From Octopus sinensis (Eukaryota): 64,000 nucleotides of DNA. Each line of letters begins with the position of its first letter. Positions within the stretch are counted from its first letter, which is position 1. The DNA lies in contig NC_043007.1 of NCBI RefSeq assembly GCF_006345805.1, positions 62,992,001 to 63,056,000 on the forward strand. Reading direction: 5' to 3'. Below are positions 37,601 to 52,130 of the stretch, piece after piece. The notes below the pieces were generated by a model. The model did no database searches. It had not been told where the DNA came from and saw only the letters and a list, made by a program, of their open reading frames with translations. A program made the translations under genes and the position numbers.

Positions 37601-39489
37601 AGCAATATTGGAATTAAAAATGATAGACTGGCAACTGTTTCCACATTGAACTACAGAAATAAACTGTGTAAAATGTATAATGTATGGGTGTGTCAGTGTA
37701 GATATGTGTGCGTGTATACATCTCATTTTGTCTTTCTATGGTTCTCACACAAAAGAAGCAAAAATTATATAAAGTTTTAAGAACCTTGGAATTTCACCTT
37801 TAGTTTATGTTACAAATTTTCAAAACTATTGACTCAGTTGGATTTCTCTTTGAGTTCTAGTATCTAACTGGGCTCTTTTCATGATGTCATCAAATATAAA
37901 ATATATATCAGAGCCAACCATTATGTCTTATTCAAATTATTTGGCCATCCTCTTTCCAAGTATTTTCCATCCTTTTCCACCTCCCCATTTCAGTCACTGT
38001 TCTTTACTTTCTGAATCATCTGTAAATTCATATGCCTACTTATGCATTTGCTCAAATCAATTTAACCAATACACATAGATATAGTTAAGCAATTGATAAC
38101 CAAACTAATCTATATTGCCTGACTGACTGTAGAACATACAAATGAGTGATTACTTCCAAGTAGAATAAACCATTGTCTGCTTATTTTCTGCTAAATAGAT
38201 TTAATTTTTTATTTATAATCCTTAAGTTACCAATGGTTTTAATAATCAAAATGTGTCAGAGCAATATTGGTTATATGCAATAGAAAGTCCAATGAAGTTG
38301 GGTATATTCACTGAAATTCTGTTATCAGAAAGCAAATTAGGCAAACCTATATATGGACTTGAGTAATGTCTTTTGTTGAGTACATATGTAAAAAGGAATA
38401 CGTAATGCCTGAGTGGTCTTCCTGAATCAGCTGTTTTGATGTAGTTAAGGGGAGTGGGCATGCAAGAAAATTTGGGTCGGTTTTTAATCTGAGTATTAAC
38501 ACTTATCATAAATGCATCACTGGATTCCTAGCCATTCATTGAAACCATCTAAATCTTTGAGTGTTGCATCAACTACTTCAGAAATTTCATTTGAGTTTAT
38601 GTTCCAAATTATTTCTCACACACAAGCACACGTTTGATTTTTGTTTTGCTACATGAAATCTGAATTAGCATATCTACAGAGAGAGAGAAAGAGACATACC
38701 ATTACAAAGACTACTAGATGCTGATCTTGGAACATATGTAGGATTCTAAACTAAACTAATAGCAAGCAGCCATTGTGAATAAATAATGAATGAAATATGT
38801 ACAGATCTTTTTTTTTTTTTTTTTGTCATGAAAGGTTTATTGTTCATGACATTTAAAGTAAAATTACATTTCAGCTGAATTGTGTGTGTGTGAGAGAGAG
38901 AGAAAGAGAGAGGTATTAAATAAAGATAATTTGTTATAGCTTGAATTAAGATATCGGTTTTTAATACAAACCTATTTGGGTTAATTAATAAGAGTATAAA
39001 AAGAAGGAAGGTAAGAATGAAGTGTATAAAATCAGTAACAGCTACACCACAAATTATTGTAACTTAAACTACCTCATATATTGCCTTTAAATTCCAATAC
39101 TTAATCAAAGTAGGACATAAAAATGTAATGTCCTAATCTGAACAGATCAAGATCCTTAAGCATACATGGTGAATAAAAAGATGTGGGTTGTTTGATAAAT
39201 GCATTTGCTTATATTGTAACTTAGATTCAATACCAACCTAACTATCTCTGTGGAATTAATAAAATATGCAGAAATAAAATAATGGAATGTGACAGCTGAT
39301 TAAACTTAGTTTAGATTGCCATGTAATTAGTTTCTTCCCGTAGGCCCTATAAGAAAATTCAAATTACTCTGCTCTGTTTTAGACCATTACCTTACTAATT
39401 TATATTACATTTTGATGGCAGGACAGCCTGATTTCCTTGAAAGAGGGTTAAGCATACACACAATTTAACCACACACATTGTGATCTAAT

Positions 39490-40570
39490 GCTGGAATAAC
39501 AACCAAGCTATGTTGAGTAATTTTCTCGTATGAGTACAAACTGGGTCACTCTGTTGCAGAAGTTCTATGGAATATCAAGCGGGCCTTTGGTAATGGTTTT
39601 GTTGACATCAGAACTGTTCAGAGAGGATTCCAAAGTTCTTGTTCAGGAGATGATAGCCTTGAAAATAAACCGGAGGCTAGGCCAAAATAAGTTATTCATC
39701 ATGATGGATTGAATGCTTTGGTTGAACAAAGGTTCAAAAACTTTGATCAGAACTCCAAACATCTCGCACAACTATTTTTGGACACCTGTAAAAAATTGGA
39801 GAAGTCAAGAAAACGGATAGGTTTGTTCCATATCGATGAACGAGATTCAGAAAAACAGATGCCTTGAAGTGTGCTCCTTATTGCTTTCTCGATTGGAAAA
39901 AGACCATTTTTGCATCAAATCATTACTTGTGATGAGAAATGGATACTCTTTGACAACAGCAAAACAGGACCGCGATTAGATGCAGGAGAGTCACCTAAAC
40001 ACTACCCAAACCCACCATTGCACCCTAAAAAGTTAGTAGTCATTGTATAGTGGTCTGCGAAGGGAGTTATTCATTATTCATTTTTGCAACAAGGAAAAAC
40101 TGTAACAGCAACATTGTATTGCCAGGAAATTGATTATATGCATGAGACTTTGAAAAAGAAGCAACCCAGGCTAGTAAATAGTGATGGCCCAATTTTGCTC
40201 CACAACAATGCACATCCTCACATTCTTCAAGCTACGGTCCAAAAGTAGCAAAACCTGAATTGATATTTTGCAACATCCTCCCTATTTCCCTGATATCGCT
40301 CCTAGTGATCATCACTTTTTAAAATATTTTGAACTTTTCATAAGTAATAAAACATTCTTAAATAAAGAAGTAATTGAAGCATTCGGACAGTTTATCACAG
40401 GAAAAAGATGAATTTTTTTTAAAGATGGAATATATGACATAGAGAAACATTGGGTAAACATCATAAATGAACATAGATCATATTTTGATTTTAAAGAATC
40501 AGTTCTCTAACACTTCTGAAACATTCTATTGTTACCTTTCAAATACGACATTTCATGTGAAACAACCTAA
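39490..40570 (+). mobile_element. Decayed mariner (Hsmar1/cecropia-like transposase)
   Basis: YEYKLGHS, IITCDEKW, LHPKKL, LLHNNAHPH, HPPYFPDIAPSD. Right TIR-like end aacaacctaa-TA at 40561-40572. Left end not recognised. Confidence 0.85.
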
Positions 40571-43500
40571 TATATTTGATAAATATTTGGAGATTCAACC
40601 TATTATTTGTTAATAGCTGTATAGCATACCCATAACTCTAATTTTGTTATATTTAGGTTTTGTTTCACTTATTTTATTTGTTATATTAAGATTTATTTTT
40701 GTTTGTTTTTCCCTAGTCCCATTGTTGACAAGAGTTTTCTATCTTTATCACCAATCTGCATCAGATCTAGCCCATAGCAATGTTTACTCTGGCCTCCAGC
40801 TCAGTTTTATAAAAAAAAAACACAAAATGTTTTTAGTGTTTTAATTTTAAAATATTCTCTAAAATATCACCAGTATATGTTCAGAATCAGTGCATTCTAG
40901 AAAATCTTTTGCTACCTTGACCAGCGAAAAACAAAATGCTTATGAATACATATATTAAAAGAAGTGACATCTTTCTCCTTTATTTTGTCTTTACATAATG
41001 TGCCAAACAAGATTTTTTTGGTTTTGTTTTTTCCTTCATGTTTACTCTCATGTTTGTCCAAATGGATTCTAGTGATATGAATGATATCGAAAGGTTTTGC
41101 AATTGAAACAATGCAAGCTTTCTATCAAGCATTTGGTTTTTCCCAAGAACTATTTATATTCATTTGCACAGATTCTATCTCCATTCTTACTCTAAGAACT
41201 TTTACTTAATAGGGCTATATATATATATCATGTGGATGAGCTTTTCTTCCACATTTCTGCTCATAAACTTTACTAACGCTTTACATTAATTCCTTTCTTT
41301 ATTGTTAATAAAAGTGTTATAATGTATATTCATCTACTATGACTTGCATAATGAATAGGGTGTTATGAATAATTGTTGCTATCTGACCCTCAAAACCTAG
41401 TGTATACTTTAATCTGAGCCCACAACATCTGGCTTATGCTTTTATCTGGCCCACAAAGTCAATCAAATTTAACACCTTCATTACTTTGCTTTTATTATTA
41501 TTATTAATATTTGTTCAGCCTGGTTTTAATAATATAGTTGAGATAATTTGATAGATTATTTAAATAGTCCCCAGAATGTATGACATTGTTAGTATATAAT
41601 TATTCATTTTTTTAAAAATTGTTTTATTCGTAATGTCATAAAAATTACTGCATTGAGTAAGAGTGGACATGATATTCTCTTTAGTAATAATAAAATGATG
41701 GTGGAGCTGTGTGGTGTTGGGGTATCATCTACTCCTCTAATCTTGAGTGTTTTACATATTAAAGTACTTCCTTCCTTTGACACTATTATCAGTCCAAGAT
41801 AATTTTAAAGCAAGTCTATAAATGTCCCTTGTTATGTAGTAGAGTTCCTAAAAAAAATAAATCAGGCAGTGTTGCTTCTCTTTTGCACTATATAAAGTTT
41901 TTTTTTTTTCTTTTTTTTCCCTCTCTATTGCAGCTAATTTGCCTGCCATGATTAAAATGATATGCTTATCAAATTTACAAATCCTTAAAGTAATTCAGGT
42001 TTTAAATATTTCTCTGAACTTCATCCCTAGTTTCAGTACATCATATACGATAACTGGAGGTGGTGAGACCTATAACACAGTGAGTAATCATTTGTTAGAA
42101 GTAAAGTTTTTGGGAGTTTTTTGTTATTTTTTTAATCCTTGTTCTGGATAAAAATTTTATTCCTTTAATGCAACAAACCTGCTGATAATCTGTCTTGTGA
42201 TAACATACTCAAACTAACTTTAACAGCCAATTCCTTAACTTCTCATGAGATTACTTTTCCAAGCCAAAACACTGTACCATTGTACCTAACAATATTTAGG
42301 TGGTTCTGATTTATTTTGTTTTGTTTTTTCAAATTCTTGAAATTATTTGATAAAATTTCTTTTTACTTCCAGTTTATCCTCCTACACTTTTACAATTAAT
42401 ACTCTTGAGAGTTAATCTTTATTTTCAAACAAGAAATCTATTGATCTATATTTAGCAAGTTTACTGACCTGGAAAACTTGATTTGACAATTTGAAATAAA
42501 GTTGTTTCTGTTTGCTCTTATTTGTTGTTATTGATTTATATTTTTCTTTGATTTTATCTTTATTGTTTCAATTCTTATTACATTTTACTTTATAAGGTTT
42601 CTTATTGGCCGAGCACTACTCTCTAAATTAAATGTATATAGAATTTTTTTTTTGTTCATTTAAATTTTTAGTTCACTCACTAAGTAGTAGATTGCAGCAG
42701 ATGATTTTAAATTATTTTCAATTATAGTTGATACTATTGGTTTCTGTCTGTTTTGAGTGTCTATATCTATTTACATTCTATAGTAACAAATCCTTATATA
42801 TTACTAGGCATAATTAAGTCATCTACAGAAGTACATAACTGACATTTAAAAATAAATTGAAAGTGAAGCACTCAAATTAAAAAAAAATATTGACACTTAA
42901 TTGGAAATATCAAATAAATAACTATGTCATGCTCATAATTATTCTGTTAGTAGGGCTAATTAAAACTAAAAACCCAACTCTGATGTAAGTTTAGCCATTA
43001 CGTCTCTCATTTGAAATAATAATTTATGTATATATTTAGGTCTGTGATGTCAGTGGCTAAGTTTAAGTGAAGGCATTCAGTGTTTATGATGAAGTTTGCA
43101 AGAATCTCTACAGAAGCTAGATTACTTATTCAGGGAAGTTGCCAGTAAATCATAAATCCATACATAAGGTGTCATAACTCAGTCTGGTTTAACACATGCT
43201 TTACTTATCTCACTTGATGTTTGCTTGTGGAAAGTGCCTGGATTTTCTTTTATTTTGTTGCTCTATTTCTCCCTCCCTTTGGTATATATATGGATTGATA
43301 TTATTCTTTTTTTACCAGTTAAGTATGAAACTTTGAATTTGTAGAAAACCTGGAATAGAAAGTCAATTCCTTCTTCATATTATTGTTGAATTTTTTTTCT
43401 TTCAACCTTTTATTTTAGGGGTTGGGTAACTGAAATTACAAGATACCTTCCTTTTGAATCAATATTATTAAATGGGTGAAATAAAAACTTGGATCCCAAA

Positions 43501-43789
43501 CTTAGTCTGGAAGGAATTTACCTCTAACTTTACAACAGTTACCAGATTTCTAATATTGGCACAAGGCCAAAACTTTTCAGGGTACTTTAGTCATGTGAAA
43601 TGCCTATAGTGTTTGACTTATAATTTATTGACCCCACTCCTCAAAGAAGAGAAAGGTGATGTTGACTTAGGTGTGATTTAAGCTCGGAATATATAGGATT
43701 GCAATTATGCACAGAGAGGTATTTCATCCAACATGCTAATGGTTCACTTAATTCACCACCCTGTATTCTCATTAATAGGCTTCTTGGGA

Positions 43790-43925
43790 CATTAGACTGG
43801 CAGAATTGTCAGAATGACAAACAAAACGCATTGTGATATTTCATTGCAGCTTTTGTCTCAAAGTTCAAATCTCACTGAGATCAACATTGCCATTCATCCT
43901 TCCAGCCTCAATAAAATAACTGTAA
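43790..43925 (+). mobile_element. Diverged SINE of the 3208-3415 family
   Basis: actggcagaattgtcag ... aagttcaaatctcactgagatcaacattgccattcatcctt ... aataaaataa. Confidence 0.6.
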
Positions 43926-44084
43926 AAGTCAAGAATTGCAGGCAATACAATAAACTGTTCCCACATTTGTAGCCTTGTGCTTAGTTTTTATATCAAGTAA
44001 AAGAAGGACTATTAATGAGTTTGTTATATAGTCCTTGTAGTAATTGATAGTTAATGAACTAGTGTGTATGTGTGTGCATGCACA

Positions 44085-44235
44085 CAGGTATGGCTGTGTA
44101 GTTAAGAAGTTTTCTTCCCAACCACATGGTTTCAGGCTTATTCCTACTGCATGGCGCCTTAGACAAGTGTATTCTACTGCAGCCCAAGCCAACCAAATGC
44201 TTATGAGTGGGTTTGATAGGTGGAAAGGGAAAGGA
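44085..44235 (+). mobile_element. tRNA-derived SINE head, family of 23058-23460
   Basis: ggtatggctgtgtagttaagaagttttcttcccaaccacatggtttcagg (A- and B-box-like). Confidence 0.75.
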
Positions 44236-45284
44236 ATCTGTTTTATGTGTGTATGCATGATATATATACACATATATCATGAGAATCAAATAGTTCTATA
44301 AAATCCAGTTTATCTATTAGTGGGTCATTTAATTTTTATTTATTCTGGTGCTTCTCATGCAATGAAATTTAGAAAATTTCAGATAATTTCCTCTTCCTGT
44401 TAAAAGACTCATATATGTTATAATAACAGTATTAATTATACCAATCATACAGAACTAGCAGTAGAACTTCTATAATTATGCATATCAGTTTGTCATGGTA
44501 GTCTAAAGAGTGAATAGGAGTTTAGATCTATTTTGCTTGCCTTCTGTAAGCAATTTGCTATTTTATTTTTAATAGAAGCTTTTCCTAATAATTATCATAG
44601 CTTTGTTACAATTAACATACATTACCAGAATGGGTCAAAATCACTACTACTACTACTACTACTACTATTTTTTTAAAAATTACTAATTCTTCAGATAAAT
44701 TGTTTCAAAATTAAAGAAGTTTTTTTCCTCCAATGATTGGATTGCACTTCTGGTAATTTTTGGTTCCTTTTTGAAAGTGTGTACCAAACATTTCCTGGGT
44801 TTTTTTTGTTGTTTTTTTTAATGATCAAGTTATATACCCCAAATTTTCTTCTGTCAAATTCCACTGATACCTATTTTTACTGTAAGCCAAAATGGGACCA
44901 GCTTTGTGACTACTTGGTGTTCAAGTAACAGTAGCCAAATCTTTAAGTCACACCCTACTGTCTGAAGAAAAGACACCTTAGATATAAATAAGATGGGATT
45001 GTCCTGGCTGGAACAGCTTGATCAAAGCTTTGTTCAGTCAGAATTGACCTGGAACTAAACAATAATCTGTTTCACTCAGGTCATAAAACATACAAAATGC
45101 AGTAAGATGCTCCTTAATAATGTATAATTATTCATGTGGATTGTCAAAACAATACTTAACAGATGCTATTTGTAATTCAAACTAGTTGACTGCAAAATAG
45201 CATATTTACTGGCAAGTAAACAGAGCCCAAGTTTGAGTCACAACAAATGATGCTAATAATAATCTACTACATATGTGGAAAATT

Positions 45285-45815
45285 GGTGTGTGTTTGTTTG
45301 TGGAGTTGTTAGCTAACTCCTCCTACATCGTTTTATTGATTTTGATGAAACTTGGCATATGAGTAGAACTCGTGTCTGGAAACCTCGTGACATACTTAGA
45401 TTGCTGAAAAAATCGATAATACGGCTCTTTGAAGGGACCTTTATATCTACCTCATATAATAATTTTTTAAACACCCAAGGGAAATAACCCATAGCACCTG
45501 TACAATGTTTTTTAAACACTCAAGGGAAATAACCTGTTTCATTGTTTATGTTCGATTACTTTGAATATTGATTTTTTGTGTCCTATTTCTAATTTTTGCA
45601 GACAATGTAACTTTTATACTTAGACACCTGAGTAGAACTCATGTCTGGGAACCTAGTGACATGCTTAGATTGTTAAAAAAAAAATCAATAATAGGGCCCT
45701 TCCAATGGATCCTTCTATTTACTACATATTACTAATATTTTATTTAAGCAACCCAAGGGAAATAACCTATATCACCTGCAGATTTTAGCGAAGCGATCAA
45801 TATTTGATTCTCATG
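45285..45815 (+). repeat. Element with internal ~150-bp direct duplication, possibly Helitron/Helentron-derived
   Basis: tgagtagaactc.tgtctgg.aacct.gtgacat.cttagattg...cccaagggaaataacc occurs at ~45360-45500 and ~45629-45780. The motifs gattttgatgaaacttggca and agcgaagcg resemble non-autonomous rolling-circle elements (recollection). Confidence 0.45.
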
Positions 45816-45879
45816 ATCAGCTGACCTAATTCTGCATTTCACTACTCAGTTTTCAACTGCTAAACATTATTGCTCTTTG

Positions 45880-46740
45880 ATGATGCAAGAGTAAATGCTG
45901 TCCAACATCCACAGACAGTTACAGAGATGACTCAAATGGCAAGAGCAATGTGCACAGATGGATGAAGTTTAAAGAAGAAACCACCATTGAAGACCATCGA
46001 CTGTGACTATTGACATTAATTATTGGTGAGTAGGTAAACTAATTCACCCAGGCAGACAAGTCACAGTCTCTGAGCTTGCTGCACAACTGGACTGTGGTTA
46101 AAATGCATTACAAAAGAAGGTAGAAAACCTGGATATTAGAAAGTGTGCAAAATGGATACCTTAGCAACTGATGACCAATTTGAAAGAAAAGTGTAGAAAT
46201 CTGATCTGCTGGAAGCATTTGAAGCCAATGAAGATAGGTTTTTTTTTGTCTTGATCTGATGGAACTTGGACATATCTTGATGATACTAAAATGAAGCCTC
46301 AGTCCATAGAACAGCATCACACCTCTTCTCCATAGCCTAAAAAGTTCAAGCTGGCACAGAAAGTTATGGTGACTATTTTTGTTGATCATCATTCTCTTGG
46401 CTTTTCTGGAGTGTCATTGTACCATGCACAGCAAGCAGTACATTGAGACACTCAATAACGTTAGAGAAGCCATTTGAAGGAAGAGACCAAACAAGAATCT
46501 GAAATCAGTCTGCATATATCATGACAGTACACATTTTTGGCAGAAAATCAGGCAATCAGTAAATTTGGTTGATCACTAGTTCCCCATCCACTGTACAACC
46601 CAGATCTAGTGCCCTCCTCCTTTCACTTGTGCAGTTCACTGAAGGACAGTCTTGATGGAAAAGGCTTTGATGACACTTAACAAGGTGAATGTAGCTGTGG
46701 AGGAGAAGTGAGTACTAAAGAAGACGGGTCTGAAGAGATG
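45880..46740 (+). mobile_element. Highly decayed irritans-like mariner transposase
   Basis: RKCAKWIP (~46138), PKKFK, RKRP and PHPLYNPDL (~46581) in the expected order. No TIRs seen. Confidence 0.7.
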
Positions 46741-48689
46741 ATGCAAAAGATGATCAATATTTTAGATGTTTCATAGCTGATCTGAGGCCCTTCTTTTGGT
46801 TCTCGTTCCCTTTAACTTCATGATGCTCTGGAAATCAAAAAAAAAAATTTACTGAAGTTCTTTAGATGGAGAGTTTTTTAAAAAATGTTTTAACATTAGA
46901 AATTGAAGAAAAAATATAGACAACTATGCTTACTTTGTTTTATTAATCATACTCGTGTATAACAACATTATCAATGATATTTTTCAAGATACTCAAGCAT
47001 TAATATGGATTTTACTACAGCAAGTTTTCCTTAATTCCCTTGATAGCTAAAAATAGATAAAATTACACTTTAATGGTTTATCCTTTCATTAGCTGCAGGA
47101 TACAAGATGCTAAAACTTTGGCTTGGGACCTCTGAGAGGAAGTGATGATAAGTTGAATCACTTGGTTACTTTAAGCTGTATTTACATAGCCCCTCCACCA
47201 CCACCTCATCTGTGTTCCATTATTTATCTTTATGATAAACTTAGCCCTCAGTTTTTTGTCACTCAGCTAGTTTACAAACAGGTTTGTTATAGAAAACCTG
47301 AGGAATAAATTATGCCTATAAGCTTAATTATCAATCTTAAACATGTTCTAGTTGCTTTACAACTATCTTCCCTTTTTTGCATGCAATTTATTCTTGATCT
47401 TAACAATCTTATGTTAATTTTGAGACTGTTAATTGATAATGCAGCTTAATAACTTGCTCTTTCTTGTTGGATAGATAAGTGATTGGTGCTATCAGTGGAT
47501 CTCTAATTTTAATTGGCTATAATGTATTACAACTTGTTTGTTAATGGCAATGATTTTTATCTTTTTTTATATATATAACTAGTGACAACTAGTTTGCCAT
47601 TGGGACATCAACTGATATTTGAGGGTTTTTTGTTTTCTTATTGGGGTGGGGTTAAACTACCAGTCTCAATCACTACCTGTTTATAACCACTTCTCCCACT
47701 AACTGTCTCACCGATTTGTGTCAGATCAGCTTTGTATCCTCCCACTTCTCTTCATGATTCTCTACTTCTATCCATCTTTTATTATAGTTATATTCCTATA
47801 TTCCAAATTCATTTACCTAAATTGTTGCTACTATCAATAACCAGCATATAATTCCTGCTCTGTTTCTTTTCTGAGTCCATATTTTTACTTGCTACAAAGA
47901 TTCAGCTACTTTGTAAAGTCATTAAAATTCATCATTTTCTACCAATTGCTATTGTATGAATTTCAGATGCAAAATGTTAGTTTAATATTTCTATTGAAAC
48001 ACACTCTGTTTGCTCTAGTTTTGGAAATAATCAAGAATTTGGAGGGTTTTAGTAAAATAGCTAACTTTTTTTATGAAGCTAGTGTTAGGAGCACAGTGTG
48101 AATAAATAAGCATTACATTTGACAAAGTAACCTGAATGCTAAAGGGTTAAATACAAACACAGAAGCTGTTTGTGACTAGTTGACATCACATGAGTTAAAT
48201 AAGTTGGTCTTAATCCTATGTTCTTTTAGCTTTGTGTGTGTGTGTGTGTCTTTTCCAGACAATCATTTGTGAAAATTGACAAAGATTTATTACTTCTTGA
48301 TGTTCAGATGTGATAACTTTTAGTCAGTTAAGTAGACTGTGTACGTTAGTAGAATCTACCTTGTCACATTGTAATACCTGCAGCAGTCCACCATCATATC
48401 ACAGCTGTTATAAATTTCTTTGTACTTATTGTACTTATTGATATACTTTTTTATAATAAAATGTTTAGGAAACAGGTTGCCATAGTTGAAAAATAGCTCA
48501 TCATGGTTGGATGGTTAAAATTTATATCTACTACAAAACTTTCAAACTTGTTTTATTAACTGATAGATTAAACTTCAGAATATAAGAAATAAGCAGTGTT
48601 GGTGGTTGCTGATATTGCTATTTCCAGCAACTTGTTACATATGTTACATTGTCCTTTAGAAAGGTGTGTTCCCTTATAACTTCAGTCAG

Positions 48690-48850
48690 ACTACTCATAG
48701 CTTGGACATACAGTTAAGAAGCTTGCTTCTCAATCACAAGGCTCTGGGTTCAATCCCCACCATATGGCCTTTGGGCAAGTGTCATATGTCATAACCTCAG
48801 GTCAACTTAAACCTCATGATTGAAACTGACTAGACAGAAACTATTTGGAA
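48690..48850 (+). mobile_element. tRNA-derived SINE head
   Basis: gttaagaagcttgcttctcaatcaca...gggttcaatccc (B-box) ...gggcaagtgtc. Confidence 0.7.
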
Positions 48851-50009
48851 GATACACTGGGTGGTTTGTACCAGTAATTCAAAGTTCCAGCTTTATCACA
48901 CATGGTGTCATACTGATTCTACCTGAGGATTCGCATGTCTGTTGAATACTCAACCATTTATTTAGTGAGCAGGTACTTCAGTTTAGTTGATTGAAGAAAT
49001 GAATACTTATATTTCTGTGTATCAATCTTGTTAGGGTGTGTACTTTGTAGAAACATCCAGCCCACATTAGCATAGGGAATATGAGGACAAAGGTTTGCCA
49101 ACACTATAAGGTGATCTTGCTGTATAGCATATGATTTGATCAAAGAAATCGAGTTACTATTGCTTAATACTAAAAGTGGGAAGATATTTTTGTGTTATTG
49201 AAAAAAAATATTCCTTTTACTCAGAGAAAAGCTTGTTGTCCATCAAGTGTAGTGATATTATCCAGTTATGTGGAATCTAAATGGAAAAATGTACAAGTGT
49301 TATAAAGATGTTATATAATTAAGCCATATACCACAATAACTTAGTATCTTTGTATACTCTACATCATTACTTGCTTCTCTATTAATCAATGGCATATAAT
49401 AGATAATGGAAAAAATTAATTGCTGATACCTTACGAAAGAGTTCTGAAGAACAGTGATTGATTAGAATGCAAGATCTTTGGAAACAAAATAGATAACTTG
49501 ATACCTGAAAAACAGTATTTTTGCTTGGAGGCAGAAGCTGATTGCAGTAAAATTGCTCAAGCCATTCTTTACCTGTTTTGTATTGTTTGTTTGGGAGAGT
49601 GGGGTGGCAGTTCTGTTTCAAACTTTCAAGTAAAATAGACTTGATTAAGCATCAGTTTGCTCATGTTTATCACTAAAACCATAATTTTGAAGGGAGAAAA
49701 TATTTCAAATAGATATAAAATGAAATTTATGAAGAAAAGCACTGAAACTTCTGCTGTCATTATCAAAAAGGAAGAAAAAATTTTTTAATTTAATGATTCT
49801 TAAAAAGGAAAAGAAGATAGTGAATATCTGATTTGATTGGTCATTACAATTTAACTTTCCACATCTCAACAGCAGTAATTATATCTCATAGTCATGACAA
49901 TGTAATACATTGTAGCTACAGAAAGCATGCGCATAGAATGAGTACATAAGGAATGTGTGCTTGCATTCATACATACAAACAGTTATACACACATGTATAC
50001 ATTCATGCA

Positions 50010-50285
50010 TCCTGTTGTTGTTTAGCCCCAGGTCAGCCCAATCAAGCAGTCCTATTATTAAAGGTGTTTCAACTATAACTATCCTGTTTTATTGTCTCAG
50101 AGATTATGTTGTCTAAAATATCCTTCTTTATTTAAAATAGTACCATACAATTTGAGGGACATATGACTGCTATTGCTAGCAGATCAATCCAAGTCTATAG
50201 TGGAAGAAACTTGTCCAAGATGCCAGGTAGTGGGATCAAGCCTGAAACCATGTGGTTATGAAATTAACTTAATCACAGTCATCTC
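50010..50285 (-). mobile_element. SINE (variant body)
   Basis: ttgttgtttagccccaggtcagccc...aacttgtccaagatgcc...cctgaaaccatgtggtt. The related tail recurs at ~53710-53880. Confidence 0.6.
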
Positions 50286-50564
50286 TTACCTTTAAATTGT
50301 TCAAGAAAAATTTATAGAACTCTTTAATTTATAAGATGGATGTGGAGCAATCTATAAAAGAATGGAAAACAACAAATGCCTGATATATTTCCTTGTCTAA
50401 ATTTCTTAAAATATCGATTACACCTCTTTAGTAAGAAGTAGAACTCATTTCATAAATGAATTTTCCAAAGAGTGTAGCTAAATGGGCAGAGGGTTATTGT
50501 GTTTCTCTAGTCCTGTTTCATCAAAGACTATTCAACTTCTCAAGTGTTAGTATTGAAAAAAAAT

Positions 50565-50750
50565 GTACCCAGTATCCTATATAAAGTGGTTGGAGTTAAA
50601 AGAACAGCATCCAGCCATAGAAACCAAGCCAAATGACACATACAAGCACATAGTCTTTTGGAGCTGTAGTCCCAATGGTAGTTGACTTAAGCTGTGATGA
50701 CCTATCCAACCCATGCTAGCATGGAAAGCGAACATAAATTGATAACGATG
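50565..50750 (+). mobile_element. 3' part of SINE-like element
   Basis: gcatccagccatagaaaccaagccaaa...tccaacccatgctagcatggaaagcgaacataaa. Confidence 0.65.
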
Positions 50751-52121
50751 TTAGTCTCTAATCAAGTTATTGGATTGTTCATATGATGAATTCAGAAATG
50801 GAATGGTAGACTTTCTATACAAAAGATTAAAGCGGAAATGTTTTAAGAAAGGTGTGGGCTTGCAGTCTACAGGAAAGTCAAGTGATACTTTTCTCAAAAA
50901 CAATAGAAAAGAAACTTAGCTGAAAGAGAACTTATTCCTGGAAGCTACACCTTAGATATTAAGCTGAACATCCTACTAAATGATAAGTATGTAAAATGTG
51001 TAACACTTCTGTTGGATAGATAGGCGATTTACCAACATGTCATGTGAGAAAAATACAATGAAACCACTGTGACCCTTTACATCTCTTAGAATAAAAAGTT
51101 CTTTGTGTTTAAAAAAAAGAAAAAAGTAAATAAGTACATAATTTGTCCTTATACTCAGTTTGTTTGCTTCATCCAAGAGAGCGTTTCTGCACTCAAGATT
51201 TGCTGGATTTATTTAACTTTCTCCTACAAATAATTGTAACACTGATATTTTGCCTTTAAAATCTGCTACACTTTTTACGAGATCAGTAAGTATATATGGA
51301 TTAATAATAATCATTCTGCTTTAACTTCACACTGTTTCATAAATTCAGTTTTCTTACCGTCTAAGAAAGAACTGCTATATATATATATATATATATATGA
51401 AGAATATTGCTTAGATTACCAGAAATGAATTATATTTCAAGCAAATTTTTAATTCTCTGCAGTGAGGGAATCTCTTCTTGCTATCTCCCTTCCTCTTCCT
51501 TATCACCCATTCTATAACTTCCTCTATCAACTCCTCTCTCTCATCTATCTATTCTCCCATCTCTCTCCCTCATCTCTTATCTTTTTAATGTCTCTCTCTT
51601 TCATCTCCTTTCTCTCACTCCTCTCTTGCTCTTAGACACACACACACCTTTAAAATACTTCCATTCTGTCTTGTGAAATAATGGTTTCCATATTTTTTAA
51701 CTGTTATCAGTATACCAAATGTAGTGGATTATGTAACGTATAGAAAAGTTTAGATCAAGTTATTTTCAAATAATTTATCCTTGATAAAATGTTAATTGTT
51801 AACTGCTGTCATCTTAAGAGTTAAGATACTCTAAAATATTATATCAAAAATTGTTATATTACACTTTAAAAATATTTATTTCTTGTTTTTGTTTCTTGTA
51901 AACCTGTGATAACTTGAATAATCTTGTAAAGTATTATTACTATACCATTAATTGTTAGTTTTTCTTTTTCAATTTTAAATGTTATGAAGTAGGGAGTAGG
52001 GTAAGAGGTAGTCAGCTTCATCAAGTTTAATTTGTAATTTGTTTTTTTTTAATCATTATTTATTCTGCTTTGTTGGGTTAATTCGTCTGTTTACACAATG
52101 GTCAGCTTTATCTTTCTGTAG

Positions 52122-52130
52122 TTGGCACAG
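52122..52130 (+). CDS. Candidate 9-nt Ena microexon (S-WH-R)
   Basis: gctttatctttctgtag|TTGGCACAG|gtaatt. Phase 2 to 2, open, good sites on both ends. Confidence 0.5.

Noticed and set aside
41934-41998. Very strong acceptor after poly-T
   Set aside because: Immediate TAA in phase 2 and no good donor. Poly-T runs often mimic acceptors.
43319-43322. ttaccag|TTAA|gtatga 4-nt segment
   Set aside because: Frameshifting and stop-containing, with no other support.
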